Below are positions 1 to 13,393 of a stretch of DNA of 64,000 nt, in pieces. The DNA comes from Octopus vulgaris. Its lineage: Eukaryota. How positions within the stretch are numbered: position 1 is the stretch's first letter; each line of letters opens with the position of its first letter. The notes beneath the pieces were generated by a model. That model was not told where the DNA came from and did not search any database. It saw nothing but the letters and a program-made list of their open reading frames with translations. The stretch lies in the NCBI GenBank assembly GCA_951406725.2, contig OX597832.1:47492001-47556000 (forward strand). Direction: 5' to 3'. A program made the position numbers and the translations under genes.

Positions 1-1129
1 ATCTATTGCATTTCAATCTGTTTTAGGGTTAGGGTTAGAGTTAGGGTTAGGATTTGGGGTGGGGGGAAGGGTATCTTTTTTTCTTCACAAATGTAAATAA
101 ACCCAATCTGTTTCTTAAACGAGGGACATTCATACGGCACAGAATGTTTTCACCTAAAATAGACGTCGTTGATTGGTTAAAATTGCAGAAATTGAAGAAA
201 AAAAACAACAAATATCTTACAAACTATAGAATTTTCTCAATAAAGCCAAGAGAAAAAAATGTTTTATAAACACATTCTACCAGTATACGAAGTTTAAAAG
301 TGTTTAGTTACGTGGAAATTATTTTTAAAAAAAAAACTGCCGGTCAAACCGAAAAGATCCGATAATTTATATTTCAATTCGTGTTTCTGAAATCTTCATA
401 CGAATGTATTAGCTACTAATGATGTTGACTCTGCTGTTGTTTTCATTATTGTTGTTCTAGTTGCTATTTTCGTGCCGATGGTTTGTTGCTATTGTTTGTT
501 GTTATTTTTGTTGTTGCTGTTCGTGGTGAGGATGAGGTTGCTGTTGTTGTTGCTGTCGTCGTTGTTGTTGTTTCCGCCGCAGTTGTCATGTGTGTATATA
601 TGTGCATGTGTTTATGTGCGCGTGTGTGTCTGTGTGTGAGGGAGTGTGTGTGAGAGAGTGTGTGTATGCGAGAGAGAGTGCGTGTGTGTGTGTGTGTGGG
701 TGTGAGAGAGAGAGAGAGAGTGTGTGTGTGTGTGTGACGCATGCATTTTTGAACGGTTAAGAAACTCGTTTTCCAACAGTGAGTTTTCGCGTTAGGTCAA
801 GCTGTCTGACATCTTGAGCAAGTACCTTCACCATAGCCTCCAGTCGCCACAAACCAAAGCCTTCTGATCGATATTGCGTAGATGAAAGCTGTGTGGAAAC
901 CTGTAATAACACTGTTAATCAAAAGTCCAGCTTATCACACACACACACACATTGTGTCAGGCTAATTTCTACCTAAGAATTACATTACTGGTACACGTGT
1001 TTGCGAAGTATTCAACCGCAGAATCCGGGAAACCAGCTTTGATCAATACTTTGATTGCTATTTTGTTATCGATCCTGAAACGGTAAAAGGCAGTTTACAT
1101 AACCTGGATTTGAACTCAGAACGCCTTAT

Positions 1130-1445
<316 letters not shown>

Positions 1446-1555
1446 AAGGCAGTACGGACAGACTTGAAATATGCGCACACAAAAGCACACAGAAACACAA
1501 GAACATACACGCACACACAAGCACACCATGTATATGCACACATATATATGCAGAG

Positions 1556-1619
<64 letters not shown>

Positions 1620-1840
1620 GCACAAGGCATGCACATACCGTGCATACACATACAGACATATATAGGCCCACATGCATACAAAACAGGCACACGTGCACAA
1701 ACACACATACTTCTACGGAAACGGAAGCAGTAGATACACACGCACACCACACAAATATACATACACAAACACACAAGCACGCACACACGGACACAGGAAT
1801 ACACAGACGCAGAATACATACATACATACATACATACAGA

Positions 1841-1871
<31 letters not shown>

Positions 1872-2037
1872 TTACGCACGCAAGCACACGAGCCCACTGG
1901 CATGCACACACACGCACACAACAAGATCTCAGGCAGACTAACGCGGCCTCTGTAACGGACTAAGAGAAATGTAATTAAAAAGTTGCAAACAGCAAAGAAA
2001 GACCTTTGACAAAAAAAAAGTGACTTACAGTTTAACC

Positions 2038-2571
2038 CAGAGGTTCCCAACCGGGGTCCACAGAAGCTTTAAGGGTATCCACGAGTAAAAATTGCAATTT
2101 GTGGGTCCTTATATAAATTTTGTTTACTAGAAGAGGTACCTGTATCTATAGATATTTTCAAGATTTGTATTTGGAATTTATGTTATGACTATAACGAAAT
2201 TGTTCCATTATTATTTCGTTTTGGGATTTGGTTTGCAAGATTCTTTATATGAGTTCGTGTGTTGAAGCATATTCTTTTTTTTTTCTGGGAAGAGTCATTT
2301 TCTTTTTGTGCCTTATCATGTAACACACTCACCTGTAAAATTTACACTTCTTTCTTTTAAATAAGTGGAAATTTTACCGGTGAATGTGTTACTTTATAAG
2401 GCACAAAAAGAAAATGATTCTCCCCACACACAACAGAAGTTCCATTATTAGTTTTTACTAACCTACAAACAAATATTTTATTTCAAAAACTTACATGTGC
2501 ATGTATGGTGTCCACAGATGATAAGTTAGCTCTCAGGGGGTCCACAAGCAAAATAAGTTTGGGAAACCCTG
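2038..2571. mobile_element. hAT-type non-autonomous element (MITE)
   Basis: TIRs cagaggttcccaac / gtttgggaaaccctg, subterminal ggggtccaca repeats, and 8-bp flanks gtttaacc / ggttagcc (6/8 match). Confidence 0.75.
2287..2424. repeat. Inverted duplication nested in the hAT MITE
   Basis: ~63-bp imperfect arms; the 12-bp direct repeat gttccattatta occurs at ~2203 and ~2439. Confidence 0.8.
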
Positions 2572-2672
2572 GGTTAGCCAAATTAAACAAACAATCGATT
2601 AATTAGTTGAATATTTGACCAATTGGCTATTAATAAAGGAATGGAATTGATCCAATACCTGTGTTAATTAAA

Positions 2673-2995
2673 GACTCCGCCGGTTACAACGACGAGGGTC
2701 CCAGCTGATACGATCAACGGAACAGCTTGCTCGTGAAATTAACGTGCAAATGGCTGAGCATTCCACAGACACGTGTACCCTTAACGTAGTTCTCGGGGAT
2801 AATCAGCGTGACACAGAGAGTGACAAGGCTGACCCTTTGAAATACAAGTACAACTCATTTTTGCCAGCTGAGTGGACTGGAGCAACGTGAAATAAAGTGT
2901 CTTGCTCAAGGACACAACGCGTCGCCGGGAATCGAACTCACAACCTTACGATCATGAGCCGAATGCCCTAACCACTAAGCCACGCGCCCTCACAC
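2673..2995 (-). mobile_element. SINE family C (second head type, tail type 1)
   Basis: Head gcgcgtggcttagtggttagggcattcggctcatgatcg; same tail as the 39251 copy. Confidence 0.85.
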
Positions 2996-3060
2996 CTGTG
3001 TTAATAATACTGGCTTTATCACTCTCATTAAACACAACAAAACACACACACACACAAATA

Positions 3061-3092
<32 letters not shown>

Positions 3093-3200
3093 GCACGCGC
3101 ATATACGTCTGTTAGGTAAATGTGCGTGCAAGTTAGTGTGTATGTGTGCATGTATACATGTGTACACGACTATGTAAATGCATATACATATGTGTGTAAA

Positions 3201-3265
<65 letters not shown>

Positions 3266-3607
3266 GTACATATATATTATATATGGTATTTATATATATG
3301 TATAAATATATGTAAATATATATTCATGTATATATGTATGTATATATGAATGTATATAAATATGTATATATATATGTGTGTGTATATATATATGTATATA
3401 TGTGTGCGTATATATGTATATATATATATATATTTATATGTATATTATATATGTATATGTGTGTGTAGATATGTGTATATATATATATGTATATATATAC
3501 ATATATATGCATATATATATATATGTATGTATATATGTGTGTGTATATATGTGTATATATATACATATATATGCATATATATATATACATATATATGTAT
3601 ATATATA

Positions 3608-3693
<86 letters not shown>

Positions 3694-4669
3694 CATAAAT
3701 GGATATATATCCTCACACACATTCAGATACACGCACTCACATACACTCTCCCACATATCTACACATCTACACTCGCACACACACATACACAGATTACACA
3801 CACACAACCACATACACAAACACAGACACGCACACACATACTCATATATATATATATATATATTAATATATATATATATATATATATAATTTCATTGTAT
3901 TTACGTCATTCCGTGAATATAATTTGCCGTGTCCTTGTACATATGCATAAGAAATCAATTCTCTTTACGTCAGATTTTTTGTTGTCGTTGCTGTTGTTGT
4001 TGTTGTCTCGTTGCTGTTGTTTTAACTGGGAGTTTTTGTTTTTACTAATATTTATTCGTTTTGTTTTTGTATTGTTTTTGTATTGTTTTTGTATTGTTTC
4101 TTCTTCCGTTTTTTTACGAGCTTCTCAGTGAGTTTGAGTGGGTGTTTAAGTGAATACTTAAGCTCCACTTCTATCAGCACTGCAGTTAAAACAGTGGCTC
4201 TCACACGAGTACGTAAACTGACTTATACACACACACACACACACACGTACACATGCATGCAGCCACTCACACACACTCACAAACACTTCACATATACACA
4301 CGTACATTTAAACATAAATGCGTGAGTGAATGAGCGGGCTTCAACGCAGTTACTCGGCTTGTTATCAATGGCGGCCAAATCGCCATCAAATAATTGCACT
4401 TAACCCAACGTTTTTCCACAGAAGCTGGGACCTGCTCAGAATAATAATAATCTGGGCAGATAGATTGTCATGCTTAATTAAATAATAATTGTTTTTAAAC
4501 GTTTGAATTTGCTCATGGAAAAGGCACATGAATTAGATAGAAACTAGGAGAGACACAGAAGGACCATGATTCTTCATTAGTTATCGACCGAAAATATTAA
4601 TACTCAATTTCGTGCCTTTAACGATAAAACTGAGAACTTCGTATATCGGTACACACACACATGCATGTA

Positions 4670-4873
4670 TGCATACATACACACATACATACATACATAC
4701 ATACATACATACGTACGTACATACATACATACATACATACATACATACATACATACATACATACGTACGTACGTACGTACGTACATACATACATACATAC
4801 ATACATACATACATACATACATACATACATACATACATACGTACGTACGTACGTACGTACATACATACATACA

Positions 4874-4971
<98 letters not shown>

Positions 4972-5148
4972 CATACTTACATACATACATACATACATTC
5001 ATACATACATACATACATACATACATACATACATACATACATACATACTTACATACATACATACATACTTACATTCATACATACATACATACATACATTC
5101 ATACATACATACATACATACATACATACATACATACATACATACATAC

Positions 5149-5179
<31 letters not shown>

Positions 5180-5188
5180 CTTACATAC

Positions 5189-5251
<63 letters not shown>

Positions 5252-5521
5252 CATACATACATACATACATACATACATACATACATACATACATACATAC
5301 ATACATACATACTTACATACATACATACATACTTACATACATACATACATACATTCATACATACATACATACATACATACATACATACATACATACATAC
5401 ATACATACATACATACATACATACATACATACATACATACATACATACATACATACATACATACATACATACATACATACATACATACATACATACATAC
5501 ATACATGCATACATACATACA
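4670..5521. repeat. (TACA)n microsatellite, ~850 bp
   Basis: Read directly. Confidence 0.97.
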
Positions 5522-6074
5522 TGGTGGCTGCCCCCTCGTTATCGAGTATGGTCATTGCACGAAGCTTAATCAATGTTGTTATCGTGCAATGTCTGTGCAA
5601 GAAGTTTTTTTTTTAAAGTGAGGAAAGGCTGTGCACAGAGTCAATCTCACTCATTAAGCAACAGCAACCATAATCCGTAAAGAAGAACAAGTCAACATCA
5701 TCGATAACCACTGAGCCGCAGGTTTTATGTCGGAGTTATCCCAGTTACCTGAGTTACTGTCTCCTAGAAGGATGCCCTAACAAAGGCTAGGAGTCCTTCA
5801 CTCCCAATGGTTTAACCGCGCGATCGGGTATTCAGTCCGATTATTTCTATGTCCCCGCGCATGATACACCCTAAAGACATTTATTGGATGGCTGATGACT
5901 CTCAAGAGTTCCTCCACCCTTTGACGGGTTTTGTTTTTCATCCCGCAGGGTGTCCAGTAAACACCCTCCTCACCAAGCAAGCTTGGTGGGGTTGCCGGTT
6001 TAGTCGCCGACGACCCGACCATGCAACAGGTTGTACTGGGTTACATGTTACCAGTAGCACTCGAAAGTGACCTG
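5522..6074 (-). mobile_element. Non-coding, probably RTE-derived non-autonomous retroelement inserted in (TACA)n
   Basis: Unique ~550 bp island between two (TACA)n arrays. Structured minus-strand 5' end ending in ..ggcgactaaaccgg; no credible ORF. Confidence 0.5.
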
Positions 6075-6900
6075 ACATATACATACATACATACATACAT
6101 GCATACATACATACATACATACATACATACATACATACATACATACATACATACATACGTACATACATACATACATACATACATATATACATACATACAT
6201 ACATACATACATACATACATACATACATACATACATACATACAAACATACATACATACATACATACATACATACATACATACATACATACATACATACAT
6301 ACATACATACATACATACATACATACATACATACATACATACGTACGTACGTAGATACATGCGTACATACAAGTATATATACATATATGTATGTATTTAT
6401 GTATGTATATATATATTGGGTTTTGGCAAATAGAAAACCTTTGACCAAAGATTTGTTGGCTCACATCTAATCTGGGGCTAAACAAAAGTAAAAGCAATGA
6501 CATAAACGCACTCTATTTAATCTCTCTCTCTCTCTCTCTCTCCCCTCTCTCTTTCTGTCTATTTATCTATCTCTATCTCCCTCTCTCTCTCTCTCCAGCT
6601 CACTCTCCATCTCTCTCTTCCTCTCTCCTTCTCTCTCTCTCTCTCTCTCTCTCCCTCCTTCCCTTATCCTGTATTATCTACATATATCTCTACACCTCAG
6701 ACACACTCACACACCAAATAACATATATGCATATATTTACAAACTGTGTACGTGGGCGTGTGCCGCAAACTCTCTGTGTGTGTATGTACTTGTATATTTG
6801 TGTGTCTGTGTGTGTGTGCGCGCGCGTGTGCGTGTGTTTGTGTACGTGTTTGTGCTAACGCGCGCTGACGAGCTAACTTAGCAGAACATCAGTTATATAT

Positions 6901-7308
6901 ACCTATTTCTTTACTACCCACAAGGGCCTAAACACAGAGAGGACAAACAAGGACAGACAAACGGATTAAGTCGATTATATCGACCTCAGTGGTAACTGGT
7001 ACTTATTTAATTGACCCCAAAGGATGAAAAGCAAAGTCGACCTCGGCGGAATTTGAACTCAGAACGTAGCGGCAAACGAAATACCTATTTCTTTACTAAC
7101 CATAAGGGCTAAACACAGAGAGGACAAACAAGGACAGACAAACGGATTAAGTCGATTATATCGACCCCAGTGCGTAACAGGTACTTATTTAATTGATCCT
7201 GAAAGGAGGAAAGGCAAAGTCGACCTCGGCGGAATTTGAACTCAGAACGTAGCGGCAGACGAAATACCTCTAAGAATATCGCCCGGCGTGCTAACGTTTC
7301 TGCCAGCT
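6901..7308 (-). mobile_element. SINE family B dimer
   Basis: Two units with the same junction. Confidence 0.88.
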
Positions 7309-7711
7309 CTGCTACGCAAGTAATTCCTCCCGACGAGCGCGGAGGACGGAAACCGTGGATCGTCTGTCTCATCAGGCTAAACCTTATGAGTGGATTTTCT
7401 TTCAGCTCATCACTATGTGATGATGAAACTTGACTTAATTATAGAGTACCCGTGATCTATTTAAGGAAACAAAGGGGAAGGATAAACTGGTAACATCGCA
7501 GCATAGTTGGCTTGTATTTTCAGCTTGGTATACTGTGTCGACATTAATCGGCTATCGTTTAATCCGATTAAACTATAGCCGACACCCGGTCAAGTAGGTC
7601 AACCAGAAGGAATCTTACTATATATGTGTATGTGTGTGTGTGTGCATGTATGCATATGTATATGCGTGCATGTGTACGTGAGTATGTGTGGATATGTGTA
7701 TGTGCATATAA

Positions 7712-7773
<62 letters not shown>

Positions 7774-7808
7774 ATATATATATATGTATGTATATATATA
7801 TATATATG

Positions 7809-7882
<74 letters not shown>

Positions 7883-7900
7883 TATAAATATATATATGTA

Positions 7901-7939
<39 letters not shown>

Positions 7940-8231
7940 CACATATATATAAATATATATATGTATATATGTACAATGTGAGATAGGGGTTATGAGTCGA
8001 TGATTGAAATGAATCCGTTCCTCCATTTTCTTATTTGTATTATGTATATATGTATAGATATATATGTATGTATATATATATTTATGTATATATATATGTA
8101 TATATGTATATATGTATATATATATGTATGTATGTATATATATATATATATGTATGTATGTATATATATATATATGTATGTATATATATATATATGTATG
8201 TATATATATATATATGTATATATGTGTGTGC

Positions 8232-8276
<45 letters not shown>

Positions 8277-8921
8277 ATTATATACATATATATATTATAT
8301 AGCTATAGTTATCTATCTTTGCGTATAAGTGCCAGCACAGCATGGGTTATGAATAAAGAGATAAATATACTAGACGCAGATATTTATTGATAATCCATAT
8401 AAACGCTTTGCATCCACGTTTCATGTTCAGCCCCACGGCGCGGCGCTCAGAGCTAGTGTCTTCTACTATAGCTCCGGGCCGACCAAGGACTCATAAGTGA
8501 ACTTGGTTGACGGAAAGTGTGTGAATGCCTGTTGTGTGTGTGTGTGTGTAACTTGGAGTGTTGAGAGTTAGATTATACTTGACAGAGTCTTAACAAATGC
8601 TAATGTTCCGTTGTATAGATTTGTGTGTGTTGCAACAGATGCAACGATCACCTTATTATGCATGGTAGAATGCAGGTTTAATTGCTTATTGGGAAAGTAA
8701 GCCAAGCTTGACAGAATTTCTGCCTGTTTATTGCATTATCATTTGCTGTAATTTACTGCCCAATGATTAGGGCAGCGGACTCGCAGTCGGAGGATCGCAG
8801 TTTCGATTCCCACCTGTTACTCAATTTCGCGTTCCCGTTCGTCGGACGACCGGGAACGTGAAACTCAGAGAAGCAGCTTTTGTTATATTTCTGCTGCTTT
8901 TAAATAAAGTATATATATATA

Positions 8922-9088
8922 CAGGAGTGGCTGTGTGGTAAGTAGCTTGTTTACCAGCCACATGGTTCCGGGTTCAGTCCCACTGCGTGGCACCTTGGGC
9001 AAGTGTCTTCTACTATAGCCTCGGGCCGACCAAAGCCTTGTGAGTGGATTTGGTAGACGGAAACTGAAAGAAGCTTGTCGTATATATG

Positions 9089-9121
<33 letters not shown>

Positions 9122-9324
9122 TTGTGTGTCTGTGTTTGTCCCCCTAGCATTGCTTGACAACCGATGTTGGTGTGTTTATGTCCCCGTTACTTAGCGGTTC
9201 GGCAAAAGAGACCGATAGAATAAGTACTGGGCTTACAAAAGAATAAGTCCCGAGGTCGAGTTGCTCGATTAAAGGCGGTGCTCCAGCATGGCCGCAGTCA
9301 AATGACTGAAACAAGTAAAAGAGA
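8922..9324 (+). mobile_element. tRNA-derived SINE family A (internal microsatellite, CR1-like tail)
   Basis: Head ggagtggctgtgtggtaag..ggttcagtccc, CORE-like ccttgggcaagt, internal (TA)n(TG)n, tail ggcggtgctccagcatggccgcagtcaaatgactgaaac; many copies in the window. Confidence 0.9.
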
Positions 9325-9398
9325 ATATATATATGTACATATATATATGTACATATATATATATATATATACACATATATATATACATATATATATAT

Positions 9399-9494
<96 letters not shown>

Positions 9495-10109
9495 ACATAT
9501 ATATGTGTATATATATATATATACATATATATATACATGTATATATATATATATATATACGACGGGCTTCTTTCAGTTTCCGTCTACCAAATCGACTCAC
9601 AAGGCTCTGGTCAACCCGAGGCTATAGCAGAGGACACGTGCCGAAGGCGCCATGCAGTGGGACTGAATCTAGAGCAAGCTACTTACCACGCAGCCAGTCC
9701 TTACATGCATAAAATGTAATCCATACTTGACAGAGTTTCTTCTTTGATTATTACATAATTATTATTCATTGTGAATAACTGGCAGCCAGATACTTCAATT
9801 GTGAACATGCTAGAAAATCTGTTCTTGGAATTGCCAATTTCATTTCCGTAAATGTGAAGACGTGCCAATATTTCTGATGCCAACACATGGATGTCTTTTG
9901 CCACTGTATTGCATGTAATATTAGTTGTCAAACAGCCATGTCTTCAGAGTGGTTGTGGGTATATTGAAGCCTAGTTAGTGTTTCGCTTTTTCTTGAAACA
10001 AAACAATGATTTTTATCCTCTGCTGGAAAACGTTGAATAAAATGCAGGATCTGATGTCTCTTAACAATATAATGGATTCGATTGCTAAACTCTCTTGATT
10101 CGCTTACGC

Positions 10110-10445
10110 CATAGGTTCTCAAAGTGGGTGCTACCCCCCCCCCCCCCGGTGGGCGTTGAGACGGTCCAGGTGGGCACTAATGCCTAAGGTGACGGGGAGC
10201 GGTAGAGAAAAAGGAGGCGTTGGGAGAAAGGCAGTGGATTGGGGGAAGCTATGAATTCATTACAATATTGTTATAGTATTGTATACAAATTATATAATAT
10301 TATATTAAATATCAAATGATTCATAGTATATATATAAATTAGTAAAGTGCAAAATATCTATAGATAAAAATAGGGGTGAGGCGCTGAGGGTATTATGTGG
10401 CCATCGGGTGGAGGCAGAGGTCCAAAAAGTTTCAGAACACCTCTG
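10110..10445. mobile_element. hAT-type MITE
   Basis: Imperfect TIRs cataggttctcaaag / tttcagaacacctctg; 8-bp TSD gcttacgc / gcttatgc (7/8 match). Confidence 0.75.
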
Positions 10446-10529
10446 GCTTATGCTATATATCTGGCAAATAAACCATGTTTCTTACGGTCAATGGTCGCAT
10501 GATTAAGGCAGGATATAAAGACACCGAAA

Positions 10530-10598
<69 letters not shown>

Positions 10599-10601
10599 TA
10601 T

Positions 10602-10685
10602 AGGCATGGCTGCTCTCGACTATTGGGATCGCCTTAAAGCCTTGAAACTTTACTCCTCCAGCGTCGCCGTGAGCGGTACATCATT

Positions 10686-10746
<61 letters not shown>

Positions 10747-11220
10747 TAAACGATGGCTGCTGACTATTGGGATCGCCTTAAATTTATCCCTCCAGCGTCG
10801 CCAACATCATTTGCCCATGTGGAAAATATCGACCTAAACATTAGCTTCAAGGTTCATCCGAGACTTGGACCACGGGCTATACGTCCCCTGCCAAATCCAA
10901 ATTCAAGATCACAACATACATGTACACTGCAACATAATTTCTTTTCCTCAACAGGCCCTGCCCTATTTAACATTGTCCCGAGGGAGATCAAAGAGGAAAA
11001 GGATCCCATCAACTTCAAACAGAGTCTGGATAGATTCCTTCAAAGAATACCAGACAAGCCACCCCCATCACTACTTGAACAAAACTGATACAACTCACCC
11101 AACAAGAACTCACTACTTGAACAAAACTTGACTTAAACAGGATTCGAATAATCCTATCAGGTGGTGCTATTAAGTTAGACATGGCCTGGACCAATCTCTG
11201 GTCGAAACATATCTAAGTTT
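10602..11220 (+). mobile_element. CR1/L2-group LINE 3' fragment, decayed
   Basis: DYWDRLKALKLYS..QRRRERY and GPALFNIVP..FKQSLDRFL motifs. Interrupted by (TA)n with a partial duplication. Confidence 0.85.
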
Positions 11221-11222
11221 TA

Positions 11223-11906
<684 letters not shown>

Positions 11907-12231
11907 GAAAGCGAGATGTATCAAAATCTCCACCACACCAAACATCTGAAATGCAGCTGTTTCCATCTAGTTTCCACCTGTTTCCGCAGATTCAGCACTT
12001 CTAACCCATCAACAATTAGAACTGATTTCAAATTTTGGCACAAGGCCAGCAATTTCTGGAGATTACATCGATCCCAGTACTCAACTGATCCTTATTTTAT
12101 CGACATCTGAGAGGATGCAATGCAAAGTCGGCCTCGGCGGAACTCAGAAAGTGAAGACGGATGAAATGCTTCTACGCATTTTTTCCGGCATGCTAACGAT
12201 TCTGCCAGCTCGCCGCTTCCTTCAATAATTA

Positions 12232-13393
12232 TCAGGTCATCCCATAAGTTCTGTCCGATTTTACTTTTCTTAAAATTGAATGAAATTTAATAGTATTTTA
12301 GAATGTCTAATGGAATTTAAAATTATTTTTAATCATTTGTGTGCGTTTAAACTAATTAAATATTATTTTACAGAATAATAGAATTAAAATTTCTTTAATT
12401 AAAACCCTTTCTAAAACATGGATGTATTCAAAGAGCATTTAAGTCACATAATGCTTTATGAGTACAAAAAAGGAAACTCTGCAGCTGAAGCGACTCGAAA
12501 CATTCACTCAGTTTATGAGAAAGAATGCTTGAATGAAAGAATTTGCAGAAGATGGTTTGCAAAATTCAGAAGTGGAGATTTCAGCCTTGAAGATGAAGAT
12601 CGAACAGGACGTCCTGTTGAGTGTGATGATAAGCTCGTTGAAGCATTACGTGAATAAAATCCTGCATTATCAGTTGAAGAATTGGCAATAAAGCTTAGTT
12701 CAAACCGTACGACTGTTCGTTGTCATCTTCAACAACTTGGAAAGGTTCCTAAACTTGGAAAATGTGTGCCTAATGAATTGTCCGAAAGCAACCGCAAATC
12801 CCGAGTTGACATCTGCTCTTCTCTCCATTCTCACGAACTCGTTTCACCCTTTTTGGATAGGTTTGTGACTGGTGACGAAAAATGAATCTTCTATCGAAAT
12901 GTTAAACATTGAAAACAGTGGCTAGGTAAAAGGGGAAAAGCTCAACCACAACCGAAAAGGGAACTTCATGGGAAAAAAGTTCTCTCTATCTGGTGGGATT
13001 GCAAAGGAGTAATTCACTTTGAACTGTTACTACCCGATACTACAAAGATCACATCACAGAAGATCGAAGAGCTTGGTTGGAAACAAAAATCCTCATCCAC
13101 CTTATTCTCCCGACCTTGCTCCTTCAGAACACGATTTGTTTCGTAGTTTACAGAATCATTTGGGGGGACATACTTTTGCTAGCCAGGAGGAGGTCGAAAC
13201 TGAGATTTCAGAGGTCTTCGCTTCGAAACCAAAAGAGTTTTACATTGATGGGAGTAAAATGCTTGTAAATAGATGGAAGGAAGTCATAGATAATGAGGGA
13301 AAATACATTGATGATTAAATTTCAATTAGATATCACATTTGATCACTTGTTTTCTTTATTCAAAATATGGACAGAACTTATGGGACGACCTGA
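12232..13393 (+). mobile_element. Mariner (Tc1/mariner) DNA transposon, defective
   Basis: 25-bp TIRs tcaggtcatcccataagttctgtcc (12232-12256) and its reverse complement with 1 mismatch (13369-13393), flanked by TA at 12230-31 and 13394-95. Confidence 0.95.
12418..13318 (+). pseudogene. Mariner transposase pseudogene
   Basis: HTH N-terminus (WFAKFRSGDFSLEDEDRTGRP), CVPNEL (WVPHEL-like), VTGDEK, and PHPPYSPDLAPSE motifs. Broken by stops and a frameshift; the HDNARPH segment is deleted. Confidence 0.93.

Noticed and set aside
4612-5621. Long ORFs ([16 protein letters not shown], poly-I/L) here and throughout the window
   Set aside because: They are translations of stop-free microsatellites with no protein-like complexity.
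6859-6895. CTGACGA-gcta..tagc-aGAAc hammerhead-like motif
   Set aside because: GAAA is incomplete and there is no stem I complement.
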